A DNA stretch of 64,000 bases from positions 1,344,001-1,408,000 of the forward strand of contig OY781964.1 of the NCBI GenBank assembly GCA_963677485.1, in the 5' to 3' direction. The stretch comes from Armatimonadota bacterium (GTDB lineage: Bacteria > Armatimonadota > HRBIN16). Both the position numbers and the translations under genes were made by a program. Shown here in pieces: positions 46,915 through 55,889 of this stretch. The notes under the pieces were generated by a model. It was not told the origin of the DNA. It saw nothing but the letters and a program-made list of their open reading frames with translations, and searched no databases. Every line of letters begins with the position of its first letter. Positions within the stretch are counted from its first letter, which is position 1.

Positions 46915-46946
46915 AAAAAAACGGGAGCAGTCAATCACTGCCCCCG
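46915..46946 (-). terminator. Rho-independent terminator after the secretin gene
   Basis: Minus strand CGGGGGCAGT-gattg-ACTGCTCCCG-TTTTTTT. Confidence 0.8.
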
Positions 46947-46970
46947 CCTCGGTGTTAGTCTCCTGTAGAT

Positions 46971-48653
46971 TTAAGGAGTAACGCTGCTAGCCAAAGGCCC
47001 GTTCGAATCATCTAGAATACGTGCCGTCAGGAAGATCAACAACTCAACATCCGCAGTCTCATTACTTTGAGATCGGAAAAGTGAGCCGATCCAGGGCAAG
47101 TCGGAGAGAAGCGGAATCTTACCGGTGCTGCGGCTATCGCTGCGTCGGACAAATCCGCCAATCACGACTGTCTCGCCACTATTGACGATACGGGTGGCTT
47201 CCACGTATTGTCGGGTGGTGACAGGTGCTTCCGTTCCATCCGGTCCCTTTTTGAACTCAGGCACATCTTCAACCTGCAGAGGCAGATCGATCAGGATGCG
47301 TCCATCACCCAAAATGGTTGGCTGAACGGTCATTGATGTGTCAGTCGTGTAGTTTTGAACGTCGTAAGTTGTCAGGTTGCCCGTAGTGCTACTTGTAACT
47401 TGGGCCACCCATACTGGGTAATCCGTCTGTGTTCCGACCTGTGCGGGAACATTGTTCAGCGTGGTGATGATGGGCGCCTGCGACACGCGACCTTTTGAGT
47501 TGGTCAGCATCGCCCGCAGTTCAGTTACCAGATTGCCCGTGGCATATTTTATAAACACAGGGGCAGCACTGTTGGCAAATGACCCAGAAGTTGTTCCCGC
47601 CTGAGTATTTACTTGCTGTACTAGCCAGTCTATACCAAGTCGTTTTGTCTCACTTAAACTGATAGTCACAAACTCTGCTTTCACTTCAACCTGTTGTTGA
47701 GGAACGTCAAGCAGTCGAATTCTCTTGCGTACGGAGTTGATGAAGTCCTCATCACCGGTTACGACCAAGCTGTTGTCAATGTCAAGAGCTGCGATTTCTT
47801 CGCCCACACCCTCGAGTCCAGGGAAGCTAATTTGGCCTCTAGTTCCGCCCATACCAGTGGCTCCACCGCCACCCATCATACCGCCTGTACCAGTGGTTCC
47901 GCCGCCCATGCCTCCGGTAGCCATGCCGCCCTGATTTCCACTACGACCGCCGCTTTGGCTGCCACCACGGTTACCAAATCCGCCGCTTTGGTTTCCGCCA
48001 CCAAACTGGTTAAGGCCGCTGTCTGGGGTTTCAGACATATTAGCAGATTCTTCACCAGAATTCATGAAGGGGTTCGGGACGCTTATCAACGCCTCGGGTT
48101 TGCTAATAACCTGTTGGTTCACGCCCTGAAGCATCCTCTGGAAGGTGTCGTTGTTACGGCTGGAGGTATCACCTGCACGACCAACCACACCCATCGCACT
48201 CAGTAAGTCGCTCGGGCGAGAGTATTGCACACGGATTTTTTCTGTTCGATGCCGTTCAGGCACAGCCTGTACTATGCTAGCCGGAACCGACGGAACACTT
48301 GAGGTGACGGCTTGCTTAGGTCCAACAACATATGTGCCATCTTCCAGCTTGACAACCTGAGCTCCCGCGGAGCGTGCAATGTATTGCAGTGCTTTGTCTA
48401 GCGGAACATCGTGAAGATTGACAGCTACCTGTCCATAAGGATTCTCGCTGGGCTCGAACACGATACTCGCGCCTGATTGCTGCATCAGCATGTTAATGGC
48501 GGTGCGTAAATCAGCATCAATTAGCTTCAGGTTCACCGTCTGTTCATTACCGGATGGAGCCTGTGCCTCCACTATTGTAGCCGTCAACACACCGCAACAT
48601 GATACAGCGGCTGTGAGCGTCACTATCCGACTTAGCCGGTCTCTAAGACTCAT
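46971..48653 (-). CDS. pilQ: Type IV pilus/T2SS secretin (PilQ-like)
   Basis: LDVPQQQVEVKAEFV, GETVVIGG, KIPLLSDLPWIGSLFRS, ELLIFLT; ATG 48653 after AGGAGG. Confidence 0.88.
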   Translation of the reverse strand: MSLRDRLSRIVTLTAAVSCCGVLTATIVEAQAPSGNEQTVNLKLIDADLRTAINMLMQQSGASIVFEPSENPYGQVAVNLHDVPLDKALQYIARSAGAQVVKLEDGTYVVGPKQAVTSSVPSVPASIVQAVPERHRTEKIRVQYSRPSDLLSAMGVVGRAGDTSSRNNDTFQRMLQGVNQQVISKPEALISVPNPFMNSGEESANMSETPDSGLNQFGGGNQSGGFGNRGGSQSGGRSGNQGGMATGGMGGGTTGTGGMMGGGGATGMGGTRGQISFPGLEGVGEEIAALDIDNSLVVTGDEDFINSVRKRIRLLDVPQQQVEVKAEFVTISLSETKRLGIDWLVQQVNTQAGTTSGSFANSAAPVFIKYATGNLVTELRAMLTNSKGRVSQAPIITTLNNVPAQVGTQTDYPVWVAQVTSSTTGNLTTYDVQNYTTDTSMTVQPTILGDGRILIDLPLQVEDVPEFKKGPDGTEAPVTTRQYVEATRIVNSGETVVIGGFVRRSDSRSTGKIPLLSDLPWIGSLFRSQSNETADVELLIFLTARILDDSNGPLASSVTP

Positions 48654-48699
48654 CTGATGCGTCCTCCTGAGGAATTTAAACCAGTCTGTTGCATAAATT

Positions 48700-49347
48700 T
48701 CATCGCCATGAACTGTTACTGGAACTAGAGCTTCGGTTGCTGCTGCTGCTGCTGCTGTTTCCAAAACCGCTGCTACTGTTGCTGCCGCTGCCGCTGCTGT
48801 TGCTGTTTCCAAAGCCGCTGCTGCCGTTACTGCCATTATTGTTGCTGTTATTGCCGTTCTGCTGCCAATAACTGCCACTCACCTGCAGTAAAGTGCCGCC
48901 CAACATGTATGCGATCATACTGGCGTCTGCATAACGCAACTTAATTTTTTCAGTGCGCTTGGTGCTTTTTTGCTCTTCGATCTGCGTCGTCTCGGCGGTG
49001 ATTCCGTCAACAGTATCTACCTGCTTGGTGATGACGTAAATGTCGCTCTCCTTGCGGTAGGTGAGGTTTGCCGACTTTAGAATGTTCCGCAATGCCACAT
49101 CGAATGAGACATTCGGCAGCGACATGGTGATCGCCGTCTGGTCGATCTCTGAGTCGCGGAAGGAATACTTCAACTCAGGACGCTGTTTAAAGAGCATTTC
49201 GAGAGCATCGGATACACGCGCAGCCTTTAGTGAGATGGATACGCTAGCTGTATCAGCTGTATCCGCTGGCTGGTCCTGAGCCACGCATAGGCCGGTGGCA
49301 AACAGCGCTAAGCCAATCACCGTAGCCATGATCTTATAGTGTTTCAT
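48700..49347 (-). CDS. Secreted protein with a secretin N-terminal (STN-like) domain and Ser/Asn/Gly tail
   Basis: Signal peptide; VSFDVALRNILKSANL and RTEKIKLRY resemble the neighbouring secretin N-terminus. Confidence 0.75.
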   Translation of the reverse strand: MKHYKIMATVIGLALFATGLCVAQDQPADTADTASVSISLKAARVSDALEMLFKQRPELKYSFRDSEIDQTAITMSLPNVSFDVALRNILKSANLTYRKESDIYVITKQVDTVDGITAETTQIEEQKSTKRTEKIKLRYADASMIAYMLGGTLLQVSGSYWQQNGNNSNNNGSNGSSGFGNSNSSGSGSNSSSGFGNSSSSSSNRSSSSSNSSWR

Positions 49348-49455
49348 GATCGTCCTCCAGAGAACTGAACGGAAAGAAATTCATATTCGGGCAAGCCCGA
49401 AGATATCGTACCATTATTTGACCGTAAAATGCTCACTTCCGTTACACAGAAGTGA

Positions 49456-50292
49456 TTACCTGCCGGGCATCATGGGCATTGTAGGAACTCCCGGCATCGT
49501 CATACTACCAGGGCCAATGGGCATTGAAGGCATCGTCGTGCCTCCGGTGTTTCGGTTTGTGCCTGTAGTGGCGGCATTTTCGAAATTCAAATTCATTTCG
49601 TAGCGCTTACCTTCGGTCGGTATAAGCACGACACGCTGTGGTTCTATGCGAATCACGCGGTATCGTCCCTCTACCATATCACCTGCATGTACTATCATGG
49701 TACCCCGTTCGATCTCAATAATTGCTGCCACTGGCTGATCCAGCATAACACCAACCATGCGCCCCTTGAGTGCAGGTATCTCAACCTGACTGCTGGCATC
49801 AGCAGCCTGCTGCTGCTGTTTCGTTTGCTGCAAAGCCGCTTCGTCAGGCTGAATGCGCAATCGGTACTGATTTAACTCCGTCAAGTTTGTCCAAGCATTA
49901 TTGGTATTGTTTCCCAATACTTCCCATGCCATGAGTTTGAACGGGTCTTTTCGATAAGACTTAGGACGATTGGCTTTCTCAGTCGGTGTGCAAGGGGCGT
50001 ACTGACTGCATGGTGATGCGGATGGTGCACCCGCTTTTGCCCCAGCCGCTCCAGGTGCTGATGCTGCACCGGGCATACCCATTCCTGCTGGCATGCCCAT
50101 GCCACTGGTGCCAACAGCCTGTCCACCGCTTGGCATGGCCATAGGACCACCACCGGGGATAGAGGGACCGGCTCCACTTTGGGCGTACGCCTTGGGTGGA
50201 AGCTGGTTTGTTCCAAACTGAATTGCCGCCGCGCCCAGTAAAACCACGCCTATGCCCACAGCGGAGAGAGTCATCTTCTGTTTTCGATCCAT
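49456..50292 (-). CDS. PilP-position pilus assembly protein
   Basis: RKDPF motif, C-terminal beta domain (VHAGDMV..VIRIEP), position after pilO. Confidence 0.65.
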   Translation of the reverse strand: MDRKQKMTLSAVGIGVVLLGAAAIQFGTNQLPPKAYAQSGAGPSIPGGGPMAMPSGGQAVGTSGMGMPAGMGMPGAASAPGAAGAKAGAPSASPCSQYAPCTPTEKANRPKSYRKDPFKLMAWEVLGNNTNNAWTNLTELNQYRLRIQPDEAALQQTKQQQQAADASSQVEIPALKGRMVGVMLDQPVAAIIEIERGTMIVHAGDMVEGRYRVIRIEPQRVVLIPTEGKRYEMNLNFENAATTGTNRNTGGTTMPSMPIGPGSMTMPGVPTMPMMPGR

Positions 50293-50326
50293 AATCAAAT
50301 TACCTCTTGCTTGCTGCTAAGCTTAG

Positions 50327-51097
50327 TTATTGCGCAGGCGGTCTGGGCATCATAGTGGTGCCAGGAGCCCCGAAGCTACCCGCACCGGGAGTTGATAGTG
50401 GAGCACCAAGGCTGGGGGGTGCACCAAGACCACCACGAGGAGCTGCTGCGGCAGGTGTAGAAGCTCCTGCTGGTTGAGCTCCGTCAATGGTCTGGTAAAG
50501 CTGAGCTGTGTATGTAGCCACTAGATTAGGACTGGTGCCCGCTAAGCTCACTCCATCGATCATGACTAATCGAGGTGCCTTGTTCCACTTCTCGAGATGG
50601 TGCAATACTGCTTGAAAATCGCCTGTAGCTGTAAACTGACCGCCATCAGCATTCCATGTGCCCTTAGGCAATGCCATTGGGTCATAACCAGGCGGAGGTA
50701 GAGTAAAAGCGCCTGAAATCCGCACACCCTTTTGAGAGCCGATCCACTTTCTCATGAAAGAGGTAAGGTACTCAGGCTCGCGCCAGAAGGTGGGCATCTT
50801 TTGGATCATAGTATCACGGTCCGCGCTTTTCACCTCAAGATGGATGGGCATCACACGAGCCTTGATATTATTCCAGGTGGTTTGTATGACGGCTTTTAAG
50901 GCAACAGCATCAGCCAGTTTCTTTTCAACCGGTCTTCGTTGAGCCGCGCGAGCGGTATACTGCTCGATCTGGCCGTTTAGCCCTTCGATTTCCTTTTTCA
51001 TGGGCCGAACAATCACAAAGAACGTGGCAACCACGATGTTCAAAGCGATCATTACACTGATCACTATGATATTTAGCCTAGTTATCTTGGAGAGCAT
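50327..51097 (-). CDS. pilO: PilO-like protein
   Basis: N-terminal TM, coiled coil, GDFQAVLHHL..PRLVMI. Confidence 0.75.
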   Translation of the reverse strand: MLSKITRLNIIVISVMIALNIVVATFFVIVRPMKKEIEGLNGQIEQYTARAAQRRPVEKKLADAVALKAVIQTTWNNIKARVMPIHLEVKSADRDTMIQKMPTFWREPEYLTSFMRKWIGSQKGVRISGAFTLPPPGYDPMALPKGTWNADGGQFTATGDFQAVLHHLEKWNKAPRLVMIDGVSLAGTSPNLVATYTAQLYQTIDGAQPAGASTPAAAAPRGGLGAPPSLGAPLSTPGAGSFGAPGTTMMPRPPAQ

Positions 51098-51147
51098 ATT
51101 CAGTGAATCCCCTATGCTTTATGTTACACGCCTTGTCGATCGATCGG

Positions 51148-52104
51148 TTACTTTTTACCGGGCGTGGCCATGGGGCCACCACCAGGAATTGAGGGACCAG
51201 CACCGCCGCCAGAGCTGCCAGGCGACCTTGGCATCATGGTAGTTCCTGGTGCACCAAAGTTGCCGGTACCTGAGCTTGTAGGACTACCCATTATGCCCAT
51301 ACCGCCACCAGCGCCACCCAAGCTAGGAGCTCCGCCGGTTGCTCTGCCACCACCTGCGGGCCCAAACCCTGCCGGAGCAGGCGGGATGCTGGATTTTAAG
51401 GTGACGGTGACTGGGAATACATAGCCCGAACGGCCGCTGCCAGTTTGTGAAGAAGCTATTGCTCCCGAAGTGGAAGGTGCAGTGCTACCTGGGGACATGG
51501 GCATCATCGGACTGGAGAGCCCGCCGCCGGATGGAGACATCGGCATCATTGGGCTCAATGCGCCCATTGAACTGCCGGTAGCTGGTGCGGCTGCACCACC
51601 ACCCGCTCCATTCGCGGTTGTTGCCGCATACCCACCAAGGGAGATGCCAGCCGGTGCGATCGCAGGACACTTCTGCATAGATTGCAGATAGTAGGCCACG
51701 TCATCCAGCTTACGGGTATACACGTTCATATTTGCGGTGGCGTTACGAGCTACCATGCTGTCGTATCGGTAGCTGCTGGGTGTCCAGTCTGCTAATGTTT
51801 TATACAGTTTGACATAAACCAGGTTGTGGCAGTAGATGTCACGAACATTTTGGACCTTGGTCTTCAACTCAGCGAAACTCTGTTCTACCGTGGTGACCTG
51901 AGCTTCGATACGGTCTACAGCTTCGGCGGCCAGTTTTTGTGTGTTACATTCATCAGTTCGGGCCAACTTTTCGGCTGTGGTAGCGCTGCTCCAGAAGAAC
52001 ATGCCCACAGCCATAGCGGCAAGAACCACGACACTGCCTGCAAGAAGTGCCTTTTTGCGTGCCGGTTCAAAAATACTATCCGGCAAAAGGTTAATTTTTA
52101 TCAT
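51148..52104 (-). CDS. pilN: PilN-like protein
   Basis: MIKINLLP motif, TM, coiled coil. Confidence 0.8.
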   Translation of the reverse strand: MIKINLLPDSIFEPARKKALLAGSVVVLAAMAVGMFFWSSATTAEKLARTDECNTQKLAAEAVDRIEAQVTTVEQSFAELKTKVQNVRDIYCHNLVYVKLYKTLADWTPSSYRYDSMVARNATANMNVYTRKLDDVAYYLQSMQKCPAIAPAGISLGGYAATTANGAGGGAAAPATGSSMGALSPMMPMSPSGGGLSSPMMPMSPGSTAPSTSGAIASSQTGSGRSGYVFPVTVTLKSSIPPAPAGFGPAGGGRATGGAPSLGGAGGGMGIMGSPTSSGTGNFGAPGTTMMPRSPGSSGGGAGPSIPGGGPMATPGKK

Positions 52105-52125
52105 TGTGTGCTTTCGGCCTCCCCG

Positions 52126-53583
52126 CTACGCTACCCAGTCCCGCATTGCCAGGCACACTGCCACAGAAAGCAAAGGCGAAACCTCGTTCAAATAATCACC
52201 ATACTTCGCCACCAGGCCTGCGTCAGACAGGAAGGGGTTGGCGACTGTTGTGGGCAGACTTAAGCTTTGGGCTAGAGCCTGATCCAGGTTCTTCAACATG
52301 GCACCGCCTCCGCAGAGAACCAGCTTGCTTATGTGCGGCTCGTTATCGCGGGCGTTGAACATATCCAGAGCCCGTTTCACTTCAAAAATCAGTGAATCCA
52401 GGGTATCTGCCATGGCGTTGAACACTTCTCGCTGTAGTTCATCGCGAACATCGGTTTGAGTGGCCGGGACGGCGGATTCTACCGCCGGTGCCTCTCCTAA
52501 ACCGCTGCTCGTGTCGGCTCCGAAATCCATTGGAGCATCTTCTAATGTATCCGAAGATGCGGTCTCAGCACCATACGTCGGCTCCACCGGAACTGTGGGC
52601 ATACCTTCTGCGAAGGGGTTTTCGCCGCCGAAGTCCAGCCCGCTGTTAAAATCAAGACTGTCATCAAAGGCTGGTTCTGCAGTGGAATCACCAAAGCTGC
52701 TCAAGTCCATGCCTTCGGCACCGGCTGCGAAGCTGAAGTCCATCATACCTGCGCCCATGCCGCTGTCAGTTCGTGTATCGTTCAACAGCTCCATCACGAT
52801 CTCGCCCTTGGTGCGTTTCAGCTCTTCAGCACTGGCTTTCCGCTCTTCGGGTTCTGTTCCGCTTAAGCGTCCAGGCAGTCTGTCTAACAAAGCCTGTGTA
52901 AACTGGCCGCCACCGATAGGTATCTGCCATGCCATGCGTATGGTGCCTTTGGCATCATATACACCCATTTCACTCTGCATGGTGCCGATGTTCAGCACCG
53001 CGATGCTGGTGTTTTCAGCCGATAGCGTGGGGTCTAGGGGTACCAGACGAGCCATGGCCATCACTTCGGGTTCCATAGCCTCAGGTTGAAGTCCACTCTT
53101 CTGCACCGTCACACCAATGGCTTCTGCAGCTTCCAACGGAACAGCCGCCAGAAGAACCTCCAGCGTATCATCGGTCGCAGCCAGACTGTCGGGCACCACT
53201 ATGTAATCAGTGGTCACATCTGTGCTGCTGGCAAATGGGATATGCCTGGTGATTTCGTGCTTGATGGACTTATTGAGTTCAGCAGGGGTCTGCTTCGGCA
53301 TTTGTACGAACCGAACTGTCACTCCACTCTGTCCAGGTAGTGAAGCTACACATTTTTTGGCCACGATGCCGTTACGCTTTAGCATATCTTTCACAAATCG
53401 GCCAAGCGCGGCGGTATCGGGGATAGTTCCTGTTTCGTCAACTAAACCGGCGGGTACAGGTTCTACACAGACAGCGCTGATGATGTGCCCTTGTTTAGTG
53501 GGACGCACCTCAACGGCCTTAATAGACGATGTACCTATGTTCAGACCAACGATGGGGTCAGACGGCTGTTTTACAGATGACAT
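52126..53583 (-). CDS. pilM: Type IV pilus assembly protein PilM
   Basis: VGLNIGTSSIKAV, LNIG, IPIGG, LCGGGA, ANPF actin-like fold motifs. Confidence 0.9.
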   Translation of the reverse strand: MSSVKQPSDPIVGLNIGTSSIKAVEVRPTKQGHIISAVCVEPVPAGLVDETGTIPDTAALGRFVKDMLKRNGIVAKKCVASLPGQSGVTVRFVQMPKQTPAELNKSIKHEITRHIPFASSTDVTTDYIVVPDSLAATDDTLEVLLAAVPLEAAEAIGVTVQKSGLQPEAMEPEVMAMARLVPLDPTLSAENTSIAVLNIGTMQSEMGVYDAKGTIRMAWQIPIGGGQFTQALLDRLPGRLSGTEPEERKASAEELKRTKGEIVMELLNDTRTDSGMGAGMMDFSFAAGAEGMDLSSFGDSTAEPAFDDSLDFNSGLDFGGENPFAEGMPTVPVEPTYGAETASSDTLEDAPMDFGADTSSGLGEAPAVESAVPATQTDVRDELQREVFNAMADTLDSLIFEVKRALDMFNARDNEPHISKLVLCGGGAMLKNLDQALAQSLSLPTTVANPFLSDAGLVAKYGDYLNEVSPLLSVAVCLAMRDWVA

Positions 53584-53753
53584 GAGCCGGGTGTTCCTCC
53601 GAGTTTACCACCGCATTGTAACAGTCTAAAACTTCCACTGTCAACAACTGCAGATTATGCACGCGGTTATTACGGTGTTACGTAAACTATTGTTCACGGG
53701 TTGTTGTGCAGATTCCTGCTTATTTTTACTCGATTCCGAAAATCGCATATTAC

Positions 53754-54578
53754 CTAGATATCGACAACCAAACCGTCATAGGCTACTGTGATGCCTAGCG
53801 GCTTACAGAAAGCTTCCATCTCGCTATGTAAAGCCCGTCCGAGGTCAGAACTGCCGTTGTGCGAGAAGTGCGTGATGCACCACTGTGTACTACGGTCTGC
53901 AGCCCCGATTCGTTCAAACTCCACTTTCAGCTTCTCAAGGTCGTATAAACCGATGTGGTATTTCCAACCCTCTTTATCGAAGCCCATAGTGCATTCTAGC
54001 ACGATAAGGTCTAACTTGGCATTTGCCAGTGCTTGCCAGGTCGGTTGTTCGTACCAACCGGTGTCACATCCGTATAACATTCGCTTCTGACCGTCATTAA
54101 CCAGGTAGTTGAAGCTATGCGAATCACCCGTATGGGTGGCACGCAGCGGCGTCACTCTATAGCGGTCGATGGCGACGGTATCAAACACATCCAAACGATG
54201 CAAATGTATGGCCGTCTGAACTTCAGCAGACATGGCCTCAACCATCGCACAGGATTCGCGATTACCATAGATATTCAACGTCGACCGATCCCATGCAAAC
54301 CCTTGAGCTATATACTCCAGCTCGGTTGTGGCAAAGTGGTCGCCGTGGGTATGCGTAATCAACAGATGCTGAAGCGTTGAGTAGTCCAAACCGTAAGTTT
54401 GCATGTGATGCAGGCTATCCGGTGGAAAATCAATCTTCAACCGTCCATCGATATCTATCGACGAACGGGTGCGGATATCTCTCCCGCCATTCTGGCGAGC
54501 CTGTTGGCATACGTCACATCCGCAGAACAGACCTGGTAGCCCCTCTGCGGCGGCAGTTCCTAGAAAACGAACCTGTAT
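53754..54578 (-). CDS. Metallo-beta-lactamase-fold hydrolase (PhnP-like), apparent ATA start
   Basis: FLGTAAAEG..FCGCDVC, THTHGDH, THFSHN; AAGGAGG lies 6 nt before ATA at 54578. Confidence 0.85.
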   Translation of the reverse strand: MQVRFLGTAAAEGLPGLFCGCDVCQQARQNGGRDIRTRSSIDIDGRLKIDFPPDSLHHMQTYGLDYSTLQHLLITHTHGDHFATTELEYIAQGFAWDRSTLNIYGNRESCAMVEAMSAEVQTAIHLHRLDVFDTVAIDRYRVTPLRATHTGDSHSFNYLVNDGQKRMLYGCDTGWYEQPTWQALANAKLDLIVLECTMGFDKEGWKYHIGLYDLEKLKVEFERIGAADRSTQWCITHFSHNGSSDLGRALHSEMEAFCKPLGITVAYDGLVVDI

Positions 54579-54662
54579 GGTAAGCCTCCTTCAAGACCAG
54601 ATACACACGGTCTCTCCCGAATGCATTTTACACGCAGTTTACCAGAAAATAGCAACATGTGC

Positions 54663-55742
54663 TCAAAATCCAAAATCTGTGCGTGTTTTCATACGCTGCA
54701 TGATGTACTCATAGAACTGCTCGGAAGGGATTCCATCATGCGCAAGCCGGATAGGAGCCGCCGATCGGCCCATGATATACAGCAAATGGCTCTCCAACGC
54801 ACACTGATCACAATGCCTGTCCAACTGAAGCAGATACCGCAGGCTGCTATCTGGCACCTGCGAGTGCTGCTCCATTGGTACCGAACTCAAGAAGGTCAGT
54901 TTGTAAACATCTTCCATCGTCATACCCAACTCAGGCCACTGCTGCTCTATCCGGCGGGCGATGATCCCATCCCAGTCACCGTAAGAGGGTATGAATTTCT
55001 CCAGCGTATCAATGGCATCCGCCAGGAATACTCCAATGGCGACGCTCAGGTTCCACTGAAGCCCAGCCGTCACTATGGCGGCGTCATCGCTGGCCCCCGG
55101 CCCCACTCGGTGCCGCACATACAGGTAATCCACATCCGGTTCGCCAAATCGGTCTGCATCGACAATCAGCCCACAGTCGCGAAAGCGAGCGATATCTTGT
55201 TGGTGCGCCTGTTTGGCCAGTTGATACCCGTCAAGCCCCATTTCACGCATCACACGCATATTAACCATGTATCCGCGTCCACCGCCAATGATCCAGCCGG
55301 TGCGCCGTTCCACTTCAGCCCGCACATCGGGGTCATCTCTTAGCCCCCCCATATACAGTCCCCTCAAAACATCACCAGGTTCCACGGGAATGTATCTCAG
55401 TGTGCCGATGGTCAGTAAAGGGGTTCCGTCTGGCAGCACGATATCCGCTGGTCTGCCGGCGATGGCATCGTCCACAAAGTCGCTGATCTGCGTGATCAGG
55501 TCCATACGGGCCTGTCGCAGTTGCACCGGATTTCGGTGCAGAGAACGGGCGATATGATCGATAGTGGTGTTGGGGTATTTACGGCCTTTGAATGCGCCGT
55601 GCCCTTCGTGAGCGTGGCCTTCGATGCTTTGTATCAACAGCATCTCTTCGACATCCCAGTTGCATCGCAAGGTCTCCTGAGCATCCATCTGGGCAAAATC
55701 GCGTCGGATGATATCTTCTGGTGCTACCAGTGGGTCAACCAT
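54663..55742 (-). CDS. Hypothetical protein
   Basis: 359-aa ORF with RBS AAGGA, co-oriented with the MBL gene. Confidence 0.75.
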   Translation of the reverse strand: MVDPLVAPEDIIRRDFAQMDAQETLRCNWDVEEMLLIQSIEGHAHEGHGAFKGRKYPNTTIDHIARSLHRNPVQLRQARMDLITQISDFVDDAIAGRPADIVLPDGTPLLTIGTLRYIPVEPGDVLRGLYMGGLRDDPDVRAEVERRTGWIIGGGRGYMVNMRVMREMGLDGYQLAKQAHQQDIARFRDCGLIVDADRFGEPDVDYLYVRHRVGPGASDDAAIVTAGLQWNLSVAIGVFLADAIDTLEKFIPSYGDWDGIIARRIEQQWPELGMTMEDVYKLTFLSSVPMEQHSQVPDSSLRYLLQLDRHCDQCALESHLLYIMGRSAAPIRLAHDGIPSEQFYEYIMQRMKTRTDFGF

Positions 55743-55889
55743 ATTTGATTCCTTCCGCCTGTTTGAGGGGCTGTTACACGTACATAATCATGATCTGCTG
55801 TAAATATACCCGGTGATGCTAAGAAATGTTATCTCTTGTAGTATATTTATTACATAAGAATAGCACTGGTAAGCATTGCGGAGGCATAT

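Noticed and set aside
49441-55779. GTGTAAC motif upstream of three minus-strand genes (near 49441, 51123, 55773) as an ECF promoter
   Set aside because: A 7-mer is expected several times by chance in 64 kb, and no consistent -10 element follows
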